Assembly (NCBI GenBank): GCA_028534125.1
Contig: CM052831.1
Location: 5,396,001-5,460,000, forward strand
Source: Lama glama
Taxonomy: Eukaryota
Direction: 5' to 3'
DNA: 64,000 nt
Position 1 is the first letter of the stretch. Every line of letters starts with the position of its first letter. The notes under the pieces are model-generated. The model worked only from the letters and a program-made list of their open reading frames with translations, had not been told where the DNA came from and ran no database searches. This document shows, in pieces, positions 12,443 through 25,050 of the stretch. A program made the position numbers and the translations under genes.

Positions 12443-13169
12443 AAGATCATACTAACCAGAATAATTAATAATGTTCCCTCTTTTGATTGTCTGCAAAAGC
12501 ACATGTACCTTGGAATTAATAGTCCAGACTTTCATTAAAATTCGCATATGACTAGATCGGGGCCCATTCTTTTCTTTTGGTGAGAATGTTTGAATATTTG
12601 TTCAGCTTTTGTGACAGACACCTTTTCCTTTCCGATTCAGATTTCTTAAATTAGATTTCTCTAGAAACGTGTCCATTTTGTGTTTTCAGGTTGGCTAGCA
12701 TAGAACTGTCCAGGAGAATTGTTTCTTAGAGTTCCTGCTGTGTCTCTAATGATACCTCTTTGACGGTCCCTAATCTAGGCTTTTATTTAGTAATTTTTTA
12801 GCCAGTTTAACTATGGTTTTTCTACTGTTTGACATGTTAACTGACTCAGTGAGGTTTTAACTCGTTTTATACTGTCTCCACTTTCATCCTGCTTTATCTT
12901 TTTATTTTTATCTTTAGGTATTTTTAGAGGCTACATTGTAATTTTAAATGATATAAATATTTTACTTTTTATTTCTCTCAAATTTTCACATTTGAGAAAA
13001 GTGATTTGAAATAAAGGCCCTTCCCTATGTTTTTTAAGTATCTGCTCACAGGTTAGTGGCCTTGTCAGTCAGCATAAATGATGGCCCTGAACAACTGTCT
13101 GGGTTCCCCCTACTCCATGTCTCCTTTCAAAACAGTCTGTATAACACTCAGATGCAGCCAAGGTTTCCA

Positions 13170-13365
13170 CTTACTCAGAAGCAGACTGAATTTTAATCTC
13201 ATTTTGGCAATTCATGAGCACTGTTCCTTAGATGAAGAGTTTCACTTCTGTGGTCCCAGATTTCTTATTTGTAAAATGCTCGTTGTAAAATTAAAAGTAG
13301 GTGACAATTGTCAGTGTGCCTAAGACTGGCCCTTCATAGAGCAGATGCTCAGGATATGTCATTCC
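13170..13365 (+). mobile_element. MIR SINE
   Basis: TTTCACTTCTGTGGTCCCAGATTTCTTATTTGTAAAATG..AGCAGATGCTCAG. Confidence 0.6.
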
Positions 13366-13610
13366 CTATCCCCATGACGAATACTCTGTTCTTACTGCAT
13401 CCTAACTCTTCTGTTTGAAGACAGTACGAATGACTGTGTGGCAGTTACCTCGCATTTTCTGATAACTTAGTACATCATCTAGCTTTATAGGAGTAAGTGG
13501 ACAGAGGTCATTTCTCTGCCTATGCATATATCTTAGATAAAGTGGAAGAAAAATTAATTGATAGTGGCATAGTGAGAATCCTAGTCTCTTTCTTTTCCTT
13601 TAAGAATAGT

Positions 13611-13956
13611 CCTGCAGAGAGGGTAGAGTGTTGGTTACCAGGGGTGGAGGGTTGGGGAGATGGGGAGATGTTGGACAAAGGATGCCCACTTTCGGTTATA
13701 AAATGAACCAGTTCTGCAATCAAACGTACAGCATAGTGATAATAGCTAATTATACTGTGAAGTTGCTAAGTGAGTAGATCTGAAACATTCATATCACAAT
13801 ATTGAAATGATAATTATATGACATGAAGGAGGTGTTAGCTAACGCTAAGGTGGGGATCACCCTGCAATATTTAAGTGTATTAAATCAACATGTGTACTCC
13901 TTAAACTTACACAGTGTTATATATCAATGATATCTTGATAAACCTGGAAAAAAAGT
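13611..13956 (+). mobile_element. L1 3' UTR fragment (L1MA8/9-like)
   Basis: GGTTACCAGGGGTGGAGGG...TTAAACTTACACAGTGTTATATATCAAT..AAACCTGGAAAAAAA. Candidate TSD AGAATAGT (13603 and 13957). Confidence 0.88.
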
Positions 13957-13974
13957 AGAATAGTAATTTATAAT

Positions 13975-14125
13975 CTCTTTTATGTCACAGACCCTTTGAG
14001 AACCAAGTGAAAGTCATGGACACTGGGTCCCCCCAGAAGTGCATGTGCACATTCTTTTAATCGGAATTCTGTATTTCTTTTACCCTTCAAAGGCTAAACA
14101 TGAATTGAGGGGTAAGAATCCCTTT
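13975..14125. mobile_element. hAT-Charlie MITE fragment (Charlie4z-like)
   Basis: GTCACAGACCCTTTGAGAA..GAAAGTCATGGAC..CCCCAGAA..GGTAAGAATCCCT. Confidence 0.5.
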
Positions 14126-14679
14126 GTTAGAAAGGAACAGTTTTCTGTAAGGTTAGCTGAATGTCATATATTTGACGGCACGGGTATTTCAATTCCATAC
14201 AGACCAACAAATCCTGAGTTAGAATATGAGTTTGAAATGGACAGATAGATTTTTTGACAGTTAGTCCTTTTGGTATCAGTTATAATGACCCTGAAAGGAA
14301 ACCAGAAGCAGCTTACGTGTTTAAAAACAGAATATGAAAACATTTTTTAAGCTGTTGGATGTTCTGAGGAATGTATCCCCTGTGAAGTCGCAGTGAATCT
14401 TACTTTGAATGCATTTAAAACTTTCAAAACTCTTCTATCTTTCCTTTCCTTTGTGTTCCAAGTTATCATGGGATGACTGTATAAAAGCATGAGAGGATAA
14501 ATCAGGGCAAGAAAATACTTAGTATGTCAATAATAAGAGCAGATTGCCCTTTATCTTTGTCTCAAAAACAAATAGGACTTTATTAGATCAAAGGGATATT
14601 CTGCATCTGAGTGGAATATTAAGAGCCATTCTATGTCCCTGCTGATGCTCTTTTATACACGTGTCATATCACAAGGCAA

Positions 14680-14792
14680 CCCACAACCAATATATTCATG
14701 AGTGCGAAAGAAAGGTTTGCTGTTGTAAGCCACTGTGATTTGTGGGGTCATTTTTTTTTTGCAGCAAAACTTGGTCTGAGCTGACTGTTAGT
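14680..14792 (+). mobile_element. MLT1 LTR 3' end fragment
   Basis: TGTTGTAAGCCACTGTGATTTGTGGGGTC...GCAGCAA..GCTGACTG. Confidence 0.55.
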
Positions 14793-14884
14793 AGTAATAT
14801 ACTGTATTTGGTGGGCAGTATAGAGGTTTTCTGTGTCTGCATGTGTGTATACACAGATATACACATGCACTTGTATTTTGTAGA

Positions 14885-16700
14885 ATTCATGAATGTACAG
14901 AGGAATTATAAGATGGAAAGCATATTCCTGTGATGTCCATCTTGATAAAGAAATGGAACATAACCAGCAGTTCAGAAATTAGACATATACCCTCTCCTTT
15001 TCACTCACCTCTCACTCCCTAGGGATAACTACTATCCTGATTTTTAATGCCATAGATTAGTTTCAACCTTTTGTAAATGTAAAAAATTCATTATGCCCTC
15101 TGCTGTGCCTGGGTACTTTGAGCACTGTGTTTGTGAGATTCATTCCTATTGCGTATTAGGGCACTTAATTGCATTGATTTATGATGCTATGAATTTATCA
15201 TAATTTATGATACTGTAATGAGTTGTTTCTAGATTTTGATCATTACACATAGTGCTGCTATGAATAGTCACAGTTTTTGGAGAACTTACATATGCATTTC
15301 TTCTGTGTATATACTAAAGGACATCACAGGGTATCCCTGTGTTTGGTTTTAGCAGATAACTATTGCAACATGGTTTTGAAAGTGATTGTAGAAATTTATA
15401 CTCCCCCAGCAGTGTATGAGAATTTCTGTTGCTCTGTATCCTTGCCGATATTTGACACTGGTCATCTATTTTAATTTCTGCCAATGTGGCGGGTGTGCAG
15501 TTGTGTATCGTTGTTTTCATTTTCATCTCCCTGATGGCTAATACGATTGAGTATCTTTTTATATTTATTTGCCATTTGAATACCTACTTTTATGAAGTAT
15601 TTATTCATCTCCTGCCCATTATTTTATTGGATTTGATATTTTTCTTATTGCTCATAAAAATTTTGTACATATTCTGGATATAAGCTTTTCACAGTTTTAT
15701 GTCTTACAAATATATTTTCCTACACTTTCATTAGGGTTTTTACTCTCTTAATGGTGTTTTTGATAAGTGTAGTTCTTAATTTTAATGTAATACACGATCT
15801 TTCTCTCCATGATTATTGACTTCTGTGTCCTGTGTAAGAAATCTTTGCCAATTCCGTCAAGAAAATATTATATATTACAGTTCACCTTGAAATGACCTTG
15901 TGTATAGAGATAGGGAGTTATGAATCCAGGTGTTTTACTTCCGTGGAATAGCCAACTGACCTAGTCATAGTTATCCAAAGGGCCTACCTTTCTTCACATC
16001 ACTATAACGCAAGTTAAATGTGTAGCTATGTATAGATTGATGTCTGGATTCCGGTCCATTGGTCCGTTTGTCCATACTTGTACCAACTCTATAGTATCTT
16101 AATTATTGCAGCATTATGTCTGCTCCTCACTTAGCATAAATCCACCAACTTTATTCTTGAAAATTAATTTGAAACATGTTGCATAACCATATACTGGGAT
16201 CGCCTTTTCAGCTTGTATCCACAAACCTGAATTTGCCACACTTTAATCATGATTGCACTGTAACTATTTAGTAACTGTCAGTTTGAGGAGAACCAACATC
16301 ATCACAATGTTAAATCTTTCAGTCAGCAAACATGGTCTGGCTGTCTCTCCATTTATTTATATCTTTTATTTCTCTAAATAATGTTTTATTTTTTGTTTTA
16401 GGTTGATTTTCATTTGTTTACTTTGTAGATAATCTGCATATCTTTTCTCAGATTTTTTTTCTTAGTTACTTGATGAAGAGCTTTTTGGTGCTGCTAAAAG
16501 TTCTTCTTATTCCTAGAAAAAGAATATTTTTGTTCCTGGCATATAGAAATATGTATTACATATATTTTCCCCTCAACATTATGTTTCTGTATATGTAGAT
16601 ATATGTATTTGATTATTAGTAAATACATTATTATTTGCAGAGTCTTTTAAAATTTCTTGGTCTACCAGCCTATCATCTACAAATAGTGACCTTTTTAACC
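14885..16700 (-). mobile_element. Old L1 (L1ME-like), 3' UTR plus ORF2
   Basis: ATAACTACTATCCTGA, GTGAGATTCATTC, CCCCAGCAGTGTATGAGAATTTC, CATCTCCCTGATGGCTAAT. Confidence 0.8.
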
Positions 16701-16704
16701 TTTC

Positions 16705-18135
16705 TGAAACATTTTAGTTGAAATAATTTCAAACTTGGAATCATAAGCATGCAGAGAACAGCCACAATACTCTCCACCTGGATTCATCTCTTGTTAACAC
16801 TTTATCTGATTTTACTTGCTTGATCATTTTCCATCTCTCTCTCTTTCTCTTTCTTTGTATATGTGAATGATATTTTTTCCAGTCAAATTAGGAGTTGCAT
16901 ACAGCATGGGCATTTATGCCTAAGTACCTCAGTGTGTATTTCCTAGGAATAGGAACTGTTATCTTACATACACACAATTATCAACTTTAGTTAATTTAAC
17001 ATTGACAGAATATGATGATTTGCCGGAAAATTCCAATTTTGTTGATTGATTCAGTCCAATTGTGGCACTTGCTTTTTCCTCCAGCATAAGACCCAATCTA
17101 ATAATAGGAATATATTTTCTGTCCACATCTCTTGTCTCCTCTAATAGGAAAAGTTTCATAGCATTTGTCTTTTATGATATTGACATTTTATTTTTTTCAT
17201 AGAAGCTTTATTTTATTTTTACATTTTTTATTGATTTATAATCATTTTACAATGTTGTATCAAATCCTAGGGTAGAGCACAATTTTTCAGTTATACATGA
17301 ACATATATATATTCATTGTCAAATTTTTTTCTCTGTTAACTACCATACGATCTTGTATATATTTCCCTGTGCTATACAATATAATCTTGTTTATCTATTC
17401 TACAATTTTGAAATCCCGGTCTATCCCTTCCCACCCTCCTCCCCCTTGGCAACCACAAGTTTGTATTCTATGTTTATGAGTCTATTTTTGTTTCATATTT
17501 ATGCTTTGTTTTTGTTTTTATTTTTTAGATTCCACATATGAGCGATCTCATATGGTATTTTTCTCTTTCTGGCTTTCTTCACTTAGAATGACATTCTCCA
17601 GGAGCATCCATGTTGCTGCAAATGGTGTTATGTTGTCGGTTTTTATGGCTGAATAGTATTCCATTGTATAAATATACCACTTCTTCTTTATCCAGTCATC
17701 TGTTGATGGACATTTAGGCTGTTTCCATGTCTTGGCTATTGTAAATAATGCTGCTGTGAACATTGGGGTGCAGGTGTCATCCTGAAGTAGGGTTCCTTCT
17801 GTATGTATGCCCTGGAGCTGGATTCCTGGGTCATATGGTAAGTCTATTCCTGGTCTTTTGAGGAATCTCCATACTGTTTTCCACATTGGCTGCACCAAAC
17901 TGCATCTCCACCAGCAGTGAATGAGATACTGACATTTTAAAAGCACATGGTTCCTATTTTTTTAAATAGAAGTTTCTCATTTTGGGTAGTCTGATGTTTT
18001 CTCATGGTGAGATTTAAGTTACCTAAGCGAAGTTGGGTCCTTCTCAGAGAATTACATGTGGAGGCACAAGTTCACCTGCCTCTAGCTGGTGTTGTTCATT
18101 TTGATCACTTTGTCATGGAATGCAGTTTCTCCATG
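16705..18135 (-). mobile_element. L1MC4-like 3' end, split by a young L1
   Basis: TTGAAATAATTTCAAACTT ... TAAGTACCTCAGTGTGTATTTCCTAGGAATAGG ... resumes after 17940 with TCTGATGTTTTCTCATGGTGAGATT. Confidence 0.65.
17191..17924 (-). mobile_element. Young 5'-truncated L1 (camelid-like) with 3' UTR and an open ORF2p C-terminal fragment
   Basis: ORF 17548-17946 reads [65 protein letters not shown], the L1 ORF2p C-terminus. 15-bp TSD with 1 mismatch: GATATTGACATTTTA (17176) and GATACTGACATTTTA (17925). Confidence 0.95.
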
Positions 18136-18179
18136 TAGACAGCTTCTTTATTATTTCTTGAAATGAATGCTCAGCTCCA

Positions 18180-21100
18180 AGTTTTCAGTCCCTCCTCTTC
18201 TTAAATTATGCATTTACAGTTATACATATCCCTTAGGCCATGGCTTTTGTTGAATCATGCAACTTCTTGTCACTCATAGTTTTGTCATTCAATTCAAAAT
18301 GTTTTCTAGTATTAGAAGTGATTAGTTTCTGTGTTTGGAGTTTTTCTGGTTATCTTTCTACCATTATTTTCTAGTTCAGTTCCATTGTGGCTAATAAAAC
18401 TTTCTGCATGTCTTCAATACTTTAAAATTCATTATGCTTTTTTTCACGAGTATATATAATCAACTTTGGTAAATATTTCCTCTATTCTTGAAAAAAAATT
18501 ATGTTCTGCAGTTGTTCAGTGCAGTATTTTTATATATCAACTAGGTCAGTGTTATTAATTATGCTGCTCAAATCTGTATCCTCACATTTTTTCCTCCAGA
18601 TTCTGTCAGTTTCTCAGAGGTATATTAAAATGTTTTTCTATGATTGCAGATTTTTCCATTTCTCCTTTTTGTTCTGTCAAATTGTGTTTTATATATTTGA
18701 TGTTATTACTTAAGAGAAAATTGTTTGATCTTCATAACGATTGCAACTTTTATCATTATACACTATCCCATGTTTGCTCTAATAATTTCTTCTTGTCTTA
18801 AAGTCTAATTTCTTTGATACTAAATGCATCAAACTCATTTTTGAGTTTCTCCAGTCTCCTCAGGACGCCATAATGAAATCCCATAGACTAGGTGGCTTAA
18901 ACAGCATGACTTTATTTTCTCACAGTGTGAAGCCTGTACATCCGAGATCAAGGTGCCAGCAGGGGTTGTGCTGGGTGAGAACTGTCTCTTTTTGTTGTAG
19001 GTAACTGCCTTATTGCTACATCCTCACACGGCCTTTCCTCACTACATGTCCCCTCTTGTAAGGCCACCAATACTATCAGATTATGACTTGATTTAACCGT
19101 AATTACCACCTAAAAGCCATATCTCCAAAGATAGTCACATTGAGGACTGGGGCTTTAAGATGTGAATTTTATGGACTCAGTTCATCTGTATCAGTTAGTT
19201 TTATGTAATATATCATTTTCGTACTTTTATTTCAACCTTTCCACACCCTTATGTTTATCATGTGTCTGTTTTTAAGGCATAGAGTTCTGTTCAGTTTTTC
19301 AAATCAGTATTACTATTGTCTGGCAATATTTGTCTTTTAGATGAAGTATTTAATTTATTGGCACTTAATTTAAGTGCTGACGTGTAATAATTTTACTGTT
19401 TATTTTCAGCGTTAGCTGCTTACTCTGTATGTTTTAATATACTTACGTATGTTTTTATTCTTTCACCGATTTCCCTCGCTGCTGTAGTTTTTTTGTCGTT
19501 GCTGTTATTTCTTTAGTAGTAACTCCAGAGAATATAATGTGTACTTGTCTCATTGAAGTATGTAAATTGGTATTGTAAATTTCCTAGAAAATTTAAGGCC
19601 CTTATGATACTTTAAATTCACTTAACCCCCCTTGCTTTTTATTTCATTCATTTTAATATTAAACTCCATGTATTATAGTAGGTTTATACAGTCAGTCTTT
19701 ATTTAGATTTGTCCACATATTTTTATTTCTGCTTCTCTTCCCATTGGAAGAGCTTCTTTAGGTTTTTCTCCTGGTGTGGGTTTGCTGCTGAGTGACTCCC
19801 TGCTTGTAGTTATTGGAAAGTATCTTTATTTCCTCTACTTTTGAAGGATGTTTTTGTGGGGCATGGACTCTAGGTGGGTATTTCTTTTCTTTTACCACTT
19901 TGAACATATTCCATTGTCTCTGACTTATGTTTTTTTCTGTTGAGAATTCAACTATCTTTCTTTTTGTTGGTCCTTTGAAGATAATGGATCAGGAATAGTG
20001 TTCTTAAGATTTTTGTTTTTCTTCTTCTGTTTTCAATATTTACTATGAGGACTCAAGATACAATTTTCTACATCTTTGGCTGGCTTGATGATTGTAGCAG
20101 TTCTGGAATTTGTGGTTGATACCTTTCTATTAAAAAAATTCTCTCTACATCTCTTCAGATATTGTACAACATTTTCTCTCCACTGTTTCTGGTAATTCTA
20201 ATAACATATATACTATAGCTTTTTCCTGAATCCCATATATCTTTTATTTTTTAATCTTTTTAAAATCTCTCTCTGCTTTAGTCTTTTGGTATTTTACTAA
20301 GTATTTATTAAAATATTATGCTTTGCTTTTAGTATTTTCTGCTGACCAAATTCTTAATTTAAAATTCTCTCTTTAGCTTTACTAATTCTAATTCCAGTTA
20401 TTGTGTGTTTCAGTTTCATGATTTCCACTTGATTCTTCTTAAGAAATTCCAGTTACCTCCTGAGATCCTTATCATATCTTCTAAAATTTTAGACTGACAG
20501 TTGTTTAAAAATCCCTATATGTGAATCTCTTGTATTTTATTTAACTTCATTTTATTCTTATTTATTTTATTTTGAATTTTTAGCCATTTGCCTTGCATTT
20601 CTGTTGTTTCTTAGACAGTTAGTCATGACTCCTGCTAAGTTGAATGAAATAAAAAATTATATGGATGTCAGCTATGGGTGTGAAGAGTTGGAAAAAGAGT
20701 GCAATGGTCTGGCGGTGTTCTTTTCTTTGAGATGAGATTTGATTTTGCGTCCAGCAGTCAGTGGAATTAGTTACATCCACCTCAGTCTAGTTCGAGGTTG
20801 AGCTGGTGTCAGCTGGATTCTAGTCTTCGTGGGTGTTAGTCTATTTCTGTTTAGCCCTTATGTCTTTGGTGTACCTCTTTACACATTCAACTGAAAGTCT
20901 GAGCTGTTTACCTGGCCCCATGTTATTGGTGGTCCCTAAACTCCAGTTTCTGTTCCTCAGCTCCTTGAGATTACCTGATTTTCAACATCAGCCTCTCGTC
21001 TACTGTTTTATGACCATTTCTGGCATCTGGTAGCTTTATGTCCCTATTGATAACTACTGCTACCATTATCAGCTTGCAGCCTGCTGGGCTGGATTGGAAG

Positions 21101-21280
21101 ATGCCATGAGGCAAAAAGCTCTCCCCAGCATCAGGACCACTTCCATATTTCCCTTCTCGGAAGGTCTTGACACCGCAGTGCTCATTGCCTTGGTTGCTTT
21201 TCAATACGGTGAATATTTTATCTGGAGTTTCTGCTTGTTTTCATTGGGAGAATTGTTCTGTTCTTGGCTGGTCTGCTAAA
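18180..21280 (-). mobile_element. Old L1 (L1ME-like), endonuclease, ORF1 and 5' regions
   Basis: TCCATTGTGG..TTCTGCATG, GTTCTGCAGTTGTT, CTTGTCTTAAAGTCTA, TTTTGAAGGATGTTTTTG, TTCCATTGTCTCTGACTT. Confidence 0.65.
18845..19193 (-). mobile_element. MaLR solo LTR (MLT1A-like) nested in L1
   Basis: GCCATAATGAAATCCCATAGACTAGGTGGCTTAAACA..TTTATTTTCTCACAG..TCCGAGATCAAGGTGCCAGCAG..TAGTCACATTG. Confidence 0.88.
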
Positions 21281-23037
21281 AATTGGAAAACCGTAGACCA
21301 CATTCTTTCTGGAAGGTAGTAAGCCCATTGATTCACATGATGTTATCCGATTATTATTTTAGAAAAGATCATTAGGCTGACTAATTTGGGGAATAAGGAG
21401 AAGCCCAAGGTAAGCTAGAGCTTTCACGGAAAGTCACATTGCATTTAAATTCATCAGAAATGTTCTTCATTAAAACAAGCAATTAAAACCCTTTATATAG
21501 TGAAATCTCCCTTTGTAATGAAGCATCTTATTTTTATGAATCTTGAGAATTTGGGTTTTCATGAAGTGGAGCACACCTGTTACTTCTCTGGCTGTTCTTC
21601 TTGATACCATTTGAGATTTTAGCAATCTTTTTAAGTAAATAGAGAGCCTGGAGTTTTTATAAAAATCCCCAAAGGCCTGTGAAGATTTTGGAGAACCACA
21701 TGACTTTCTTTTTTTAAACCAACTGTTCCAGGAAATACCCATTTTTAAAAGAGGATTCGCTGACACATCAGATCTTGAATCAGAGTTGCTGATTCATGCA
21801 GTTTGAAGTTCAGAGAATTGCTTAAAGTTATAGCTTCCCAGGAAATAATCATGTTGATGTCAGAGGAAGTTTGTAGAGCCATGAAGAATTGTAATTCCAC
21901 AGTCCGCTGCTATATTCTGCAGTCTGATAGGTAAGGGGCAGATTTAACGAAGGCTGACAGCTGAGTTGCTATCGGTCTTTTGTTTTTAAATTGAACAATG
22001 ATGTATCTCATGCTGTAACTTCAATCCAAACCCATGTGAATATGAAATGCTGAGGGGAGGATAGGACCCAGACCCAACTGTTCCAAAAATGTGAGGGGGT
22101 TAAACTATTTTAAAAAAGTGCATCACTGATCAAATGAATAAATTGTTAAGGTCATCTTGTCATGTTAGGTATTTATAATAAACTTACAACATCCTGAGAC
22201 ATAAAGAAAAACACCAGCCAATATATGATGTAATTGTATTATTAAGTCATATATTGCATCAATCAAAAGTATAATCCTGGGGCAATTTCTGAAGAGTTTC
22301 TTACACCTAATAAGTATGTAAATTTTTTTAAATGTAAAATTTACCATATTTCACCTATTCTAAGCTGCATATTTTTTCTTTGTTGTCATCTCTTAAATCA
22401 GCACTGGGGTTCTATCTCTTTTGTAATTCTTCATAAATAGATGGAGCTAATTAAATCCTGCCCCATCCAGGGCATAAACCAGTTTATAAGGACAAAAGAA
22501 AAAGTTTTAAGTATTTTTTTGCAATCATTTTAATTCTGTTTATGAACTAGGTTGATTATCTTTGTAGGACCTTTAAGTTCAAGAAATATTTTTGCTTTGT
22601 TTTGTTATGAAATATACTAGCCCAGACATACATAAAAGTGGGCAAAGAAGACATGTATCACCCACCCAATGGAATGTTTACCCTTTTCATTCTTCCTCCT
22701 CTTCTTCCCAAGGTATAAACTATTTCAAGGTAGTGACTATCAATTATCTATAAATATAAAAATATAAAAAATTATATGTATTATATAGGGTATGTTTTTA
22801 TACTTTCACTACATGCAAGTATCTGTACACAATATATATTATTTTGCATTCATATAATTTAAAAGTGAAGTAAATGTTATGATGCTATATGCAACCAGCT
22901 CTTTGTTAGTGTTCTGTTTTTGAGGTTAATTCATGTGGTTGCATGTACCTCATGAATTTATTGCCATATGAAATTAAATTTATGAATAAACTTTAAAATT
23001 TCACTTTCCCCTAATTATGAGCAATTATATTTTTCTG

Positions 23038-23450
23038 ATTTTTTTAACATTTTTTATTGATTTATAATCATTTTACAATGTTGTGTCAAATTCCAGTGTT
23101 CAGCACAATTTTTCAGTCATTCATGGACATATACACACTCATTGTCACTTNNNNNNNNNNNNNNNNNNNNNNNNNNNNNNNNNNNNNNNNNNNNNNNNNN
23201 NNNNNNNNNNNNNNNNNNNNNNNNNNNNNNNNNNNNNNNNNNNNNNNNNNATAACATTTTGTGTATATTTCCCTGTGCTATACAGTGTAATCTTGTTTAT
23301 CTATTCTACAGTTTTGAAATCCCAGTCTATCCCTTCCCACCCTCTACCCCCCTGGTAACCACAAGTCTGTATTCTCTGTCCATGAGTCTATTTCTGTCCT
23401 GTATTTATGCTTTGTTTTTGTTTGTTTGTTTGTTTTTGTTTTTGTTTTTT
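23038..23450 (-). mobile_element. Young L1 3' UTR (same family as 11267 and 17191) spanning an assembly gap
   Basis: Collinear with about 17216-17525 on both sides of the N run. Confidence 0.92.
23151..23250. other. Assembly gap (100 N placeholder)
   Basis: Directly visible. Confidence 0.99.
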
Positions 23451-23669
23451 GCTGTTTTAAACATTGTGTAATGTATATACTTGCACAGGCCTCCCTGTGC
23501 ATGTTTGTAATAGCTGCTCTAGGCTATTCAAGCAAGAAGTGGAATTCAAGTAGAAATTGCCAACTTGCCCTCTGAAATGGTTGTATGAGCTTACACACAC
23601 ACCACTCTGTGGGCTTTCTCCTTTCCCCACACGCTCGTCAACACGTGCCATTGTCTCCATTTAAAAAAC

Positions 23670-23870
23670 ATATGATACTTGTCTTTCTCCAACTTACTTC
23701 ACTTAGTATAATAATCTCTAGGTCCATCCATGTTGCTGCAAATGGCATTATTTCACACTTTTTTATGGCTGAGTAGTATTCCATTGTATATATCTATATC
23801 CCTATCTGTTTCTCTGTCTATCTGTCTATCCATCCATCCATCCACAACTTCTTTATCCAGTCATCTGCTA
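23670..23870 (-). mobile_element. L1 fragment (ORF2 end / 3' UTR) containing an (ATCC/ATCT)n tract
   Basis: CTTACTTCACTTAGTATAATAATCTCTAGGTCCATCCATGTTGCTGCAAATGGCATT. Confidence 0.85.
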
Positions 23871-24809
23871 ACAGGACAGACTCCTTGACTTTGACTTAGC
23901 TTCTGAAGTTTTCCTATCACTTCTTTTTAAGTTACTTGAGCTACAGAAATGAGGGATGCCTGGAATATTTGATAGTTATGCATACTGTACTTTTTCAGAG
24001 CCTTACAGAACCATTGGGGTAGAAGATTCCTGCTCTGATCACTTCCATTTCCATGATGTTCTAGAAGAAGCTGAAGTTCAAACAAGTAAAATGTGAACAT
24101 TTATATAAGGAAAGGAGAATGTGGTGTGGCAGTCCCACCAGCCACATTTAGCTAATTGGTTCAGCCTTTGACACAGTCTTGGACCCATCCACTGAACCTT
24201 TACATGTGACCCTACCCTAAACAGATTACTTAAACTCATTGTCTCGATTTCCTTATCTGTAAAATAAGTGAAGTTATAGTATCAACTTCAGTTTGTACTG
24301 GGAAGAATGGATGAGTTAATACAGCCCCAGAAATGTGAGGAATGCTTAACACAGATTCATTCATCCCTCTCTCAGAAGTCTACTGAAACACTTTTTTTTT
24401 TTCAAATCCTTTTTGAGTTTCAGTTAAGTATCTACAATACTAATTGAAATAACAAGTGTGGAAAGGGTCCTGGATAGAATTAATGATGTTGCATTTAAGT
24501 GAACAATGCATTATAGTAATTATCATAAAATGTATCCTCATCTCAATAAGGTTTACTCTCACAATAGGAAGAGGATGAATGTGTCTTTCGGTGATAAGAT
24601 TAATCGTCCGAGTATTGAGTTATCGTTGTCAGAGAGCTACAGTTTTTTCAGCAGCCTCAATGTGCCAGGCACTGGGATGGGAACTTCATTAGATGACCAA
24701 TATTGCTCCTGTGGTTTTGTAGAAATTACAATAGGAGAGAAAAGAACTTACTTCAACAGGGCATGGTGGTCGTGTGGGAGGGAGAGGTTAGTCATTCCAG
24801 CACTACCAC

Positions 24810-25050
24810 GTCCTAACGTTGATTGAGTGCTTGTTCTGTGATACATCTTGTGATCAGGACCTTACAAGCTTTATTACATTGAGTATAAACTACAGCCTGG
24901 GTGGTAGGTACCTGTTACTGTTACCCATTTTTCACATGTGAGGAAACCAAGGCTAGACAGGTTAAGTGGTCATCCAATGAATATCATGCTGCTACTGCAT
25001 GTTGAAGCCAGGGTTTGAATCCAATTTCCTCTGACACCACAGCCCACAGC
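24810..25050 (-). mobile_element. MIR SINE
   Basis: GGTAGGTACCTGTTA..CCCATTTT..GAGGAAACCAAGGCT..GGTTAAGT..GCCAGGGTTTGAATCC. Confidence 0.75.

Larger units (their letters stand above)
9030..13000 (-). mobile_element. Old L1 (L1ME-like) ORF2 region, interrupted by younger insertions
   Basis: Antisense ORF2 text (TCTATTTCTGGATTCTCT..TTCTGTTC, TTGATATATTAATTTTATATCCAGCAAC, CTATTGAGATAATCATGTGATT) resumes after each insert. Confidence 0.75.

Noticed and set aside
17548..17946. 132-aa ORF as a host gene
   Set aside because: It is the L1 ORF2p C-terminus inside a TSD-bounded truncated insertion, with no promoter or true start.
23057..23471. ORFs containing X runs
   Set aside because: Artefacts of reading through the N gap.
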